Assembly (NCBI GenBank): GCA_028534125.1
Contig: CM052818.1
Span: forward strand, 19,284,001-19,348,000
DNA: 64,000 bases
Source of the DNA: Lama glama
Taxonomy: Eukaryota
Direction of reading: 5' to 3'
The notes under the pieces were generated by a model that was not told the DNA's origin, ran no database searches, and saw only the letters and a list, made by a program, of their open reading frames with translations. Shown in pieces: positions 12,144-22,870 of the stretch. Positions within the stretch are counted from its first letter, which is position 1, and each line of letters opens with the position of its first letter. Both the position numbers and the translations under genes were made by a program.

Positions 12144-12283
12144 ATAAGCTAATGTCTTTGACACATTGTAAAATGACTATAACTCAATAAAAAAAGTTAA
12201 AAAAAAAAAAGATCAAAATGAAAAAAAAAAAAAAACCAAAACCTCCCTTGTATAACTTTGGGGGGGAAAAAAATAAGCTAATG
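12144..12283 (+). mobile_element. Very short 5'-truncated L1 3' end plus extra A-tailed segments, flanked by TSDs
   Basis: TSD ATAAGCTAATG at 12144-12154 and 12273-12283; TGACACATTGTAAAATGACTATAACTCAATAAAAAAA resembles the camelid L1 terminus. Confidence 0.75.
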
Positions 12284-12309
12284 CCAAAATTCCCAAGGGG
12301 AATTATAGG

Positions 12310-12650
12310 AGAATTAACAAAAATCTATCTATACATGAGATACGCCCTTCATTTCTTCCTTGGCCCTCACACATCATAAAGAACTCATCCTAACAAGGAC
12401 CTTCTGACTTCTGGCCATTGTACTCAGGATTACACACGCTAACGCTTAGCTCGTCATGTTGGGCCATGTCCAAGTGAAGAGACAAAAAGGCACCGAGAGA
12501 AACAGAAAAGTGACCATGAGGCTCCAGAAGACAGAAGCGGAAAGAGTGCCTGCCTTGGTTTTGATAACTTTCTAGTTTCTAGGCCCTTCCAATAAAATCT
12601 TTTTGGCTTAAGCTAGCTGGAGTGTATTTCTGTTCCTCTTCATTACATAA
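12310..12650 (+). mobile_element. Old MaLR LTR fragment (MLT1J/I-like)
   Basis: ccaataaaatctttttggcttaagctagctggagtgtatttctgttcct matches an MLT1 3' end. Confidence 0.5.
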
Positions 12651-13072
12651 TCCCTACAACAACCATATCTTGCTTTAAAACACAATACATGAGCAAATAT
12701 ATAAATAGCTTAAATCATTCATATGCTTTTGACACTAATTCAGCTCTAAAATACTGAACAGTGTGAAGTAAAAATATAAAAGGAAAATTATGTTTGGTAT
12801 ACTACCACAAGAAAAAAAAATAAGAAAACATACATTGCTAGTAAATTCACAAAAGATCTCTGGAAAGTTATGGAATAAACTGGTGACATCAGTTCTGCAG
12901 AAGTAAACTGGGTAGCTGGGGGATTGAGACAGGATGGGGTACTTTCACTGTCTACCTTTTTCTATCTTTTTGAAGTCTAAACCACAAAATCATGTTACAT
13001 ATTCAAAACTAAATTTGATTAAAGCAATCTGGAAAGCCTGAAAAGAAGTAACATATGGGCAGCCCAACTCAC

Positions 13073-13313
13073 TAGGTCCTCACTTGCTCGGAGCAGGATA
13101 TTTCACTGTCCTTATCGGTTCTTCTGACCCCGGCAGTGTTCACACACCAGCACATGGAGGTGCCATTGCACTGCTTGGCTTTAAAGAGCCCCTTCTCATC
13201 ACAGTCGGGATTGTAGAGACCGTCATTATTCTGGATAGCGCCCTCTGGTTTCTTTTTTCTCCCATCCTTTGAGCCAGTCATTTCTGCCTTCATCACCAGA
13301 CATTTGGTAGCCA
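13073..13313 (-). CDS. EPCAM: EPCAM exon 3 (thyroglobulin type-1 domain, with QC and CWCV motifs)
   Basis: ORF 13072..13314 KCLVMKAEM...[15 protein letters not shown]; acceptor TTTCAG|, donor |GTGAGT; 241 nt. Confidence 0.98.
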
Positions 13314-13580
13314 CTGAAAAGAAAGGTTAATGTCAAACTGAAAAATAACTGCAGTTTTACACTTAAGGGGAAAAAAATTAATTTACTCCACACTCCCAGA
13401 TTAATTGTAGACTTACAAGTTCCCCTGTTTACTTTCTAAATCATAAGAAGCTTCAAATGAGATAATTTTGACAAAATAACACAATTTAGATTTGAGCCAG
13501 TAAGACACTTCCCAGTTTAAGACACATCAATTAGTATAAATTAAAATAAAACTTAAAGGCAATGAGAATATTCTACTTAC

Positions 13581-13688
13581 ATTTTGAGCAAATGACGGAA
13601 TTTTGTGTACCAAGTGAAGTACACTGGCACTGACCATATGCGTTCAAAGAGCAGTTTGTGGTCAGTTTGTAGTTTTCACATACACATT
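13581..13688 (-). CDS. EPCAM: EPCAM exon 2 (N-terminal Cys-rich domain, [36 protein letters not shown])
   Basis: Manual translation; acceptor ...CCCCCAG| and donor |GTAAGT; 108 nt, phase consistent with neighbours; not in the ORF track. Confidence 0.97.
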
Positions 13689-14990
13689 CTGGGGGAAAAA
13701 AAATCCACTTTACAAATGAATCCAACTCTCAACTCTGATCTCCCAGCTAAATTATGTTCTGACAATAATGCCTAAGTTACAGGGACACATAGCCTTAAGA
13801 TGTAGTCCTAAATGTTCTATGCTTTAGCTATAATTTGAGTGACTGACACTAGGCTAGTTTGTGTATATTATACAGCCTAATTTGCATGCATCCCCGTTTT
13901 TATTTTTTAAACCAAGAATAAAAACGCCCAACAGCAGATTCAGCTTTGTCTTCATCATACTCCCAGACTCAGCTTTTTCCCTCCCCTATCCTGCTAGATA
14001 AACAGTTGCCTGTCAGTCAGGAACTCTTTCCCCCAAAATCAACAATTCCAATTTTAGGATCTGTGAATAACTCACACTCCCTCCCTTTTCCCACCACATT
14101 TTCTTAGTAAGTGATGCTTGCTTTGGTGTTTAATGGGAAAATATTCAACCTTTGGACAATTTCATATCTTAGAAAACTATACTTTCAATTGAATTTGAAG
14201 GCACCTCTGTATGTGAGTTTCCCAACTAAATTAAATCCTAGTACCTGATTTCAAAAGTGCTATTAAGCAGCCCATCCTGGGTACTGATGTCAGTTTAACA
14301 GTTATATCTTTGACTATCTCAAAAGTTCATTTTAACTTCAAACTGGCAAATCCACCTAATTTCTTTTGTCTAGCCAAGAGAGTGCAATCACTAAATACAA
14401 AAACTAGTTACGACAGACCAAAGAATTTTTATACCGATCCTTCATATCCCAAGTTGGCTTTCATTTTTCCCTGTTTATTATAATCAGTATGAACCACCTA
14501 TATAATCTGTCCAGTGCTATATTCAGTATTGGAGTCACAAAAGGAGAAAGTATGGTGGCTGCCCTCAAGGAGTTAAAATCTTATGTAGCACTATGCTATA
14601 CCCACTCAAAAGCACAATGTGAAATTTAAAACATACCAATCAGGTACAGACTTTCTGAACATACTCCTGGAGCAGCTATCATCACTTTAAAGCAATTTAA
14701 GTTTAAGTATTTAGCCTCACACTGAAGCTGGAAAAAAAAAAACTGAGTTCCTTAAACTGCGTTATTTTAAAAAATGACTGTTGGTGGGGGTATAAAAAGC
14801 CTTTCCATAAAGCTTTGGCTAACTGATTTTCACTTCTAGCCACCACCTTACAAATAAACGAAGAGACGGCAGCCAAGATGTTTATTCCAGAGTAAGAAAA
14901 ATTGGAATCAAACTACACATCCAACATTTGCACAAGGATGCGACCTTCCACGCTGTAGGTTACTCTGCACCATTTAAAACGTACTTTCGA

Positions 14991-15122
14991 GGGGAGGGTA
15001 TAGTTCAGCGTTAGAGTGCGTGCTTAGCATACACGAGGTCCTGGGTTCAATCCCCAATACCGCCTGTTAGATAAATAAATAAACCTAATCCCCGCCCCCG
15101 CCAAAAATAAATTAATAAATAA
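14991..15122 (+). mobile_element. tRNA-derived SINE (camelid Vic-1 type) in EPCAM intron 1
   Basis: GGGGAGGGTATAGTTCAGCGTTAGAG (A-box) ... GGTTCAATCCCC (B-box), AT-rich tail; degenerate TSD AAAACGTACTTT / AAGTCGTGCTTT. Confidence 0.85.
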
Positions 15123-15429
15123 GTCGTGCTTTTTAAGACTACAGAAAATGGAAAACTCTGGATGTTAAGGTGGGGGTGTAAAAAAATCAAGACATAAAAC
15201 TGTGTGTTTAGGTTTACGGAAATGTTTAGCGGAATGTCTAAAAGAAAAATATATCCATTTAAAAAAAATTTGTCTCTCCCTTCCCCTAAATACATCCAAT
15301 TATTAATTACGGGATTCTTTTGAAGTAGTGGCTTTTTTTTTCGTCTTTACGACTATCAATATATCTGGGTTCCCTACAATAAACTTGGCATTACTTACAT
15401 GATTGTCCTTAAAGGGAAAACATCCACAC

Positions 15430-16470
15430 ACCGCGCAGTGAAGGGAGGGCCCCCTTCCGCGCACAGGTGCGTAGCGGTCCCGGAGGCCTCGCCGCAGCCA
15501 CCTGTCCCCGCCCGAGACCACATCCGGGGCCTGCCGCAGGTGCCCGGGGAGAGGCGGGGCCGCGGGTCGCCGTAGCAAATTCTCCTCCAGTCCCCCGCAG
15601 GTTTCCGCCGGCCCGAAACCGCAAGTACTCACGGCCAGAGAAGGTGGGCGTACCGAGGCCACTGTGTTCACTGACTGCCCCTCCGCCCCTCCCTCGGGCC
15701 ATTTCCCAAGAGAGGTGGGCAAAGCGCCAAGTGAGGCTGCTCCCTCCGGCCCGCGCAAGTGGGCGCCTTCCCGCCGCCTCCTGCAGAGGGCCTGGGCTGG
15801 GGATCCCTGCGCCGTCCGTCTCCCGGCGGGAAAGCGCGACCACCCCTAGCTCCGTCCAACCCAACCCACAATTCTGCTCCTCACCTTCCTTGGCCGCGGC
15901 CACCGCTGCCGTCGCTGCCGCGAGCAGGAGCCCGAACGCGAGGACCTGGGGGGGCGCCATGCTGCGCGCGCGTCGAGGACGAGGGCGCGAGGGGCGCGAG
16001 GCAGGCCGGGGGCTCGCGGGAGGGCGGAAGGACGGAGTAGGGCGCCGGGAGTAGGCTGAGGGACGGGCGGCGCGAGGCTTGAGACGGGAGGGTCGACGTC
16101 AGGAAGACGGCGGCGAGGTGCCTCGGCGCCCAGAGGCCTGGGGGACGGTGCGAGCTGGCCGACGGGCTGCGCGCTATGGGCGCGCGGCGGGGCGGAGCAG
16201 ACCTGCCTGACCTGGCGGCCCCGCCTCCCGGCCCCTGCCCACCGCCGCTCACCTTTGAGTGACTCCCGGCGGTGAGTCACCGCCCCGGGGGCGGAGGGGA
16301 GGGAGCAGCCTCCCCTCCCCAACTCCCGGAGCGGCCGTTGGGGAGCCATCCGCTCCCCAGGTGTGCGCCCAGCCCACCCGCCCCGCGCAGCCGCCAGGTG
16401 CTTCCTCCTGCGGCGGCTGGAGGGGGCGGGAAGGGTGGTGGACCACGACAGCCGTTGGGACCCTTTGTGG
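15430..16470. promoter_or_regulatory. CpG island / EPCAM promoter, spanning exon 1 and the start of intron 1
   Basis: Very GC- and CpG-rich block in AT-rich surroundings; GC boxes (GGGGCGG), AP-1 TGAGTCA at 16273-16279, five CAGGTG/CACCTG E-boxes; no clear TATA box. Confidence 0.92.
15885..15960 (-). CDS. EPCAM: EPCAM exon 1 coding part (signal peptide MAPPQVLAFGLLLAAATAAVAAAKE)
   Basis: ATG at 15960-15958; donor GAAG|GTGAGG at 15885/15884; 76 nt as in human EPCAM exon 1 CDS; lies in a CpG island. Confidence 0.98.
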
Positions 16471-16703
16471 TCACGGAGAAAGTTTGAAAATACTGAAACT
16501 TGTGTTTTACTCAGAGGGAGCACGACTCTGAAACGTGGAGTAAATAAGGCCTGAAGGAAAAGAGTGAGGGAGGGGGATGGGAAGAGAAAGGTGGAAGGTA
16601 AAATGTAATACAAAGAGAAGCGGGAGAACCCGTCCCAACCACAATAAAAAAAGAACTTTGAGCTTTACCTGGCCGTTTAATTGTACTCCTTTGAAACTAG
16701 AAT

Positions 16704-16750
16704 AAAAAGAAAAGAAAAAAGAAAAAGAAAGAAAGAAAGAAGGAAAGAAA
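16704..16750. repeat. (GAAA)n / A-rich polypurine microsatellite upstream of the promoter
   Basis: aaaaagaaaagaaaaaagaaaaagaaagaaagaaagaaggaaagaaa. Confidence 0.85.
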
Positions 16751-17859
16751 GTCTTCCTAGCTCTCGGGATGGCACATTCGTGTGTTCTTTATAATTAGTC
16801 TCAATAATCTTTTCCCTTTCTTGTAAACATTTTTAACACTTGAAGGTATAAGAAAAAGTGTTTTCGTAGAGCCAAATGCTGGAAACTGAGATTATTCCAG
16901 TTTTGATTAATATTAGAGAACAATGTTGATGAATCCTTCGAAAATATAGGAAAGTAGAAACAAAGGACAATAATTTAAGAGCAAATGAATTCAAATTGCA
17001 AACGCTGTTGTTACATTCTTAAAATAATTGTAATAACTTGAAGCTTTAAAAAACTATTAAAATATTAAGTGTTTTTCATATTATTTTGGCTGGCTCTAGT
17101 ATCATTATAACCTGTTTTTAAAAGTCTGCTTAAATCATCGGATAAAGACTTCAAAAGAGGACAAGTGAAAAAGCAATTTAAAGATTCAACTAGATTTGAT
17201 TAATTTTTACAAATAGATATCAAGTCAAACATTATTCTTTTATTGAGCAATAATTTAAATGTGTTGTACTCTCCTATGGTCAGTTGATTAATGCAAATAA
17301 TCACATTGTTAAAGTAAATACCAGCATAATGTGAATTTTACTTGGACATTAAATAAGCTATTTAACTATTTGATTTTTGACATCTTAAGGAAATCCTATC
17401 AGTGTTTTAAATCTGTAAATCTGAGCTAGACCTAATTTTGGAACTTTGTGATCTGTTCAAAAACTTCTCTAAGTAAGAAGAGTAGCACTATCAAATCAGG
17501 AACAATTAACCAGATTTTTGTTATCTTCTGCATTTTGTATGTTTTTCAGGAAGTTGCACACTGCCAGCCCCCAGATTATACATTCTTTTCCCAAGAATTA
17601 TCTAATTGGTTATTGTGGCTTTATTTGCAAAGTGTTCCATTGCCAGGTCTAAATCTGGTACCTAATCAAGAAAAACCTTGTCTTTTTATAACTTGACAGC
17701 TGTTTATTAAGTTGTTCATTTCAATAAAGTAAACTGAGTAAGCATGATTATTAAATAAATGACAAACACCACACTAATCTGACTCATAGTATCTGAGTAT
17801 ACATAGAAGATATGGTTTATTTTTATAGCTCTTCAACTCCCTCTCATTTGTTACTGCTC

Positions 17860-20260
17860 AAAATTGCACTTATTTTATGCTTTGTATACAATTTATTTTT
17901 GTATATCGACTTTATATCCTGCTAAATGCATTATTAGTTCTAGCAGCTTTTTTGTTTTTTGTAGATTTCTTAGGATCTGATTTGTACACAATCATGTCAT
18001 TTTCAAAGAAGGTTTTGTTTGTTTCTTTTAAATATTATTTTTCACATTGACTAGGATCTCCAGTATAATATTGAATAGAAGTGATGAAAGTAGATGCCCC
18101 TGCCCTATTCCTGATCTTGAGAAAGCACTCAGTTGTTTGCCATTAAATGTTATAATAGCTGCAGATTTTATTGTGGATGCCCTTTATCAGGTTGAAAAAC
18201 ATTTCTTTTCTGTCTTGCTTCCTGAGAGTTTTTATCACAAACGGATGTTAAATTTTGTCAAATGCTATTTCTACCTCTATTGAGATAATTGTATGATTTT
18301 TCTTCCTTATTTTATTTATAAGGCAAATTACATTGATTTTTGAATGTTAAACTAACCTGGAATTCCAAGGATAAACCTTACTTGGGCATATTGTACCACT
18401 TAAGTTTTTTGTTAAAAACTGGGATTCTATTTGCTAATATTTTGTTAAAGAGTTTTACAGCAGTGTTCACGAGGGATTTTCATTATTTTTATTTGCAGTT
18501 TTCTTAATTGCTATCACATCTGGGTAATGCTGGCCTTAAAATCAGTTAGGAAGTGTTCTTTCCTCCTCCTCCAAAGAGTTTTTATAGACTTCCTGTTATT
18601 TTTTTCTTGAAAGCTTGTTAGCATTCACCAGTGAAGCCATCTGGGCCTAGGAAGATTTTTAATTACAAATTCAATGTTTTAATAGATGGCAGGCAGTTGA
18701 CACTTTCTCTTTCTTTCTTCTTTTTTTTTTTTTTTGATCCTGCCTCAGGTTGGTTTGTACAAACAGCACAGGTAGACATGAGCCCCATGCAGACAGCAGC
18801 CCAAGGGTCACACTAGTCCTTATATCCTCACATCAACAGATGAAAGCCTCTACTCTGGAGCCTTTGTAGGGGCCTGGGCGCCTTTGGGAGCCTGAGCCTG
18901 ATCCTGAGCTGCAGCTGCAGCTGAAGCTGCGGCCTTGGTCTGAGCCTCGTCCTCGGCCTTTGGCCGACAGAGCCTGAGACCCTTGGCGATGCGGGCACGA
19001 GCACGTTTCCCGAGCTTGGGGTGAGCAGTGCAGGCAAGTCGACTGAGCTCGCAGTTGCTGCCCTGTGGGATCTTGGGCTCCACCTCCTTGGGCTTTCCGA
19101 GAGCCTTAACGGCCTCAGCACGTGCGCTCGTGGCCTTGGCGTTGTTGGCCTGCATCTTCTTCAGGCCCTTCTTGTTGTGCTTCTAGGCAAAGCGCATGTT
19201 CCTCAGGAACTTGGGGTCCACCCACTTAAGAGATTCCTATCGTTGTGATCGGGGTTTTTTGATGCCGTTTCTGTGGCGTTTTCGGGACTGGCTGTATGCG
19301 GTGTGGTTCTTGGACTTGACCATGTCTGCACAGGAGCCGGGAGATCCCAAATCGCCTGGGACCAGAAGAGAAAGAGGGAGACTTTCTCTCTCTTTTTGTG
19401 TCTATTTCAATAGTTGTGTCTTGTAAGGAATTTTTTCCATTACATCTAAATTGTCTAATTTATTGCCATAAAATTGTTTTCAGTATTCCCTTATATCCTT
19501 TTAATATCTGTAGAATGTGTAAAGATATCTTTTCTTTTATCCCACTTATAGGATCCTCTCTCCTTTTTAAAAATTACCAGTCCAGCTAGAGATTTATGAA
19601 TTGTATTGCTTTTTTCAAAAAGCAATTTTTGAAAGCGATTTTAATTTTTATTGATTTTCCTCTATTGCTTGTCTGTTTTCTATTTCATTGGTTTTCTTTC
19701 TTATGTTTATTATTTTCCTTCTTATACTTATTTTGGGTTTAATTTGCTCTTTTTTCTTACTTCCTAAGGTGAAAGCTTAGATCAATGATTGTAGACCTGT
19801 CTTCTAACACAACCATTTAAACCTATACTGTTCTCTCTAAGCACAGTTTTAGCTGTATTCCACATATTTTATGTGTTGCATTATATTTACCATTCAATTA
19901 AAAATGTTTTTTAGTTTCTCTTATGATTTTTCGTTGACTCATAGGTTATTTACCAGTGTGTTGTTTAATTTCCAAATATTTAGAGATTATCCAGATATTT
20001 TTTTCTCATTGATTTCAAATTTAATTTCAGTGGGATCAGAGAACAAACTCCGGGTAATTTCAATCCTGAATTTGTCAAGACTTGTTTTATAACCCAGCAT
20101 ATGCTCTATCCTGGTGAATGTTCTATGGGCACTTAAAAAGAATAACTATTTTGTGAGGTGGAGTGGTCAGGTCGGTTGATGGTATTTTTCAGGTCTTTTG
20201 AATTCCTTCTGATTTTGTATCACTTCCATCAGTTCTTGAGACAAGATTGTTGAGATATCC
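17860..20260 (-). mobile_element. Old LINE-1 (L1M-type) ORF2 remnant, interrupted by the RPL29 retrocopy
   Basis: T-rich antisense L1 motifs (e.g. ttgtcaaatgct, gtgaagccatctgggcct, tctatcctggtgaatgttc) continuing on both sides of the pseudogene. Confidence 0.75.
18717..19380 (-). pseudogene. RPL29: Processed pseudogene of ribosomal protein L29 (eL29)
   Basis: Intronless frame 19323-18850 reads MVKSKNHT...[15 protein letters not shown]...[23 protein letters not shown]...[22 protein letters not shown]...APTKAPE; premature TAG at 19239-19237 (codon 29) and 19185-19183 (codon 47); pyrimidine-rich TOP-like 5' end; poly(A) as a T-run at ~18721-18735; TSD ACTTTCTCTTTCTTT (18702-18716) / ACTTTCTCTCTCTTT (19381-19395). 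Confidence 0.95.
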
Positions 20261-20702
20261 AGTCTTAGATTATACCACTACTGTTTTACCTTACTTGCTT
20301 TGTCACATACCTATCCATCTATCTACCCACCTGTCTTATTATTTTGGTGCATTTCCAAGTCAATTGCAGACTTCAGTACATATTTTTTTCTCTAACTACT
20401 TCAGTATGTATATAATTAACTAGAGATCAGTGTTTGTTTAGAGGGTTGGGTTTTTTGTGTGTGTGGTGAAACAATAAGAAGAAAGAAATTTAAGTGTAAC
20501 ATTAAATGAGTTTGACAAATTCAGGCACCTGTGATATGATTCTTATCAAGATAAATATAACTGTCATTTTCAGAAAGTTCCATTTTTCTCTTTGAAATCA
20601 GTTTCTATTTTTCTCTTTCCAGTCAATCCCTGCTCCCTCCAGATGCAGCCCCAATTCTAATGTTTTCCCCCCACCATATATTAGTTTGCCTATTTTAGCA
20701 CT

Positions 20703-20877
20703 CAAGGCCAGCTTCATGGGCACACAACCTACACAGTCACATAAGACCCCTTGGTCTTAGAAGGCCCCCCACTTGGTATAATGCTCTACTGTAATAATCT
20801 TGAAATTCTTATATTTTAACAAGGAGCTCACACTTTCATTTTGTACTGGGCTCTGGAAATTATGTAGCTGGTTCCCA
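20703..20877 (+). mobile_element. hAT-Tip100 MITE, MER45A-like
   Basis: caaggccagcttcatgggc...tttcattttgtactgggctctggaaattatgtagctggttcc matches the MER45A layout. Confidence 0.75.
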
Positions 20878-21949
20878 CTAGAACTTTCATATTAATGAAA
20901 TAAAACCATATATAATTTTTTTGTGTAAAGGTTCTTTTGCTTAGCATGTTTTTGAGATTCATGTGTCCCATGTGTTGATAATTTGTTCTATTTTATTAGT
21001 GAGCAGAATTCAATTGTATGCCTATGCCATGTTTTTTTTTTTTTTAATTCATTCTCCTATTGACGGCCATATGGGATATTTCCAGTTTGGGGCTATTAGG
21101 AATAAAGTTGCTATACACATTTTTGTTACGAATCTTTTTGTAGACACAAGAATGCCTTAGACTGGGTATCTCAGCGTGAGGCACTATTGGAATTTTGGAT
21201 AGGATATTCTTTAATATATTTCAAGGAGATGAGCTTCTACCCACTCAGTTCCCTCAGTCATTTGGACAACCCAAAAAGGCCTGCATACGTTTACACCCTC
21301 TGGGGAAGGCATGCCACTTCTGATTAAGAGCTACTGCCTTAACAGTAGGCCTTGATTTCAGCAACACATTTGACCTAATTCAGTATTGCTGTAGGTAAGA
21401 TAGAAAAGTGTGGACTATACACAGGTATGCTGAAAACAATGAAATGAGGTCAATGGGAATTTGGTGATTGAAGGGGAAGAGCTTAGGGCAGGAGTCCGCT
21501 CATGCACTGCCTTAAGGAATGGTAAGGAGTTTGAACTTTATTCTAATGTGAGGAGAGAAGCACCATATCAACATGATTGGTTAATTATTGGATAATTTAT
21601 TGCTTGGATTACTTGGATCACTTGTATTAGGCAGTGTCTGCCAGGTTTTCCCTCTGGGAAATTGCTGTGTTTCCATTTTCATACTCTCTTCATTTGGAGT
21701 CAGTCACTATATCTAGCCCACACTCAAGGCAGGGACACTAAGTACCACCTACTGAGTGGAGGAATATAAAAGAAATTGTGGACATATGTTAAAACCATCA
21801 GAGTTATAATAAATTCTGGGGGAGATATTTTGAAGCTATGTAAACATTCTATTTTTTCCTTAAAGCTTTGCAATGTGGGAGATTTTCAGGAAAAAAGGAA
21901 AAAGGAAAAAGGTCATTTTAGAGTGAGAAAGTAAACTTGCCTGGAAAAC

Positions 21950-22870
21950 TTGATAGGACTTGCCAGGCAGTATGCAGTGTGCATTTGACATTTAGGATCA
22001 CCAATTCTCAAAGTGAAAATCCATCAGCTACGCTGTGTGATTTCCTCCAGCAATGACTAGTTTGGATCTGCTTGGGTGCAGGCTCTGAGGAGGTAGAAAG
22101 TTGGGTTCAACCAGAATGGGATATTTCAGGCCAATTTAACAAAAGAAAGAAGGACAAGATTGTTATGGAAGATGTTTGCAAAAGTGGGATGAAAATGCTG
22201 GACCATGGGATTAAGCAGGATTTGGAAGAGAGGGCAAGTGGCTACCAGTAGCTGCCAGACAGGGTTGAAGAACTCTGGCAATGGGAGTTCTTGAGTAAGT
22301 GAGCTGGAAGGACAGGAAGCAATAAGAGGGGCTTCAGAGGTGCTGGATATTTAGAAGGAGGAAAGGAAAGAAAGCGTTTGGGAGTGGCAAGCAGAACACC
22401 CACTATACTCCCTGGCCCTGAGGTGCCTGGGAGGGCTGCTCAGGACATGGGATAATCAGAGACCACCAGGTTCACTTACAGCCAGGAGATGGAGGGAATG
22501 TTCAAAGAAGAGGAAGCCACCAGGGTGTTTAATAATGTCGGATCTGGAGTTGCAAAGGACACAGTGGAAGAGTTTGGGGAGGGCAGGGAGGGGTGGATCA
22601 GCTTAGGCAATGAGCTCAGAAGTTCCGGGGGGAGTGTCCAATGTTGATGCCAGGTCACCTAGAGGACTTGTTCTTCTGGCAGTGACTGAGCCAAATGAAA
22701 TATAAAGCAGGACAGGATCAGCCTGACAGGCTCTTGGAGGGAGATGGGAAATCAGCCCAAGCTGTGTGGATTTTGAATAGTTAGTAGGAAGGCCCAGGAG
22801 CGTCAGGAGTGTAGTAGTGGTGGCAATCTCGGGACGGGTGGAAGTGCTCCCTCTGGGAGGATATGGTAAA
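21950..22870 (-). mobile_element. Ancient LINE-2 ORF remnant
   Basis: Purine-rich + strand; degenerate minus-strand translation with L2 endonuclease-like LGD motif; many stops. Confidence 0.4.

Noticed and set aside
15303..16613. Many long overlapping ORFs (up to 255 aa) on both strands around exon 1
   Set aside because: These come from the stop-poor GC-rich CpG island; only 15960-15885 is coding, and ORF 15409..15960 reads through the exon 1 donor into the intron.
18850..19155. 101-aa [11 protein letters not shown]... as a functional truncated RPL29
   Set aside because: It is the remainder of the pseudogene after two nonsense codons, lacks the conserved N-terminal domain and carries many changes at conserved residues.
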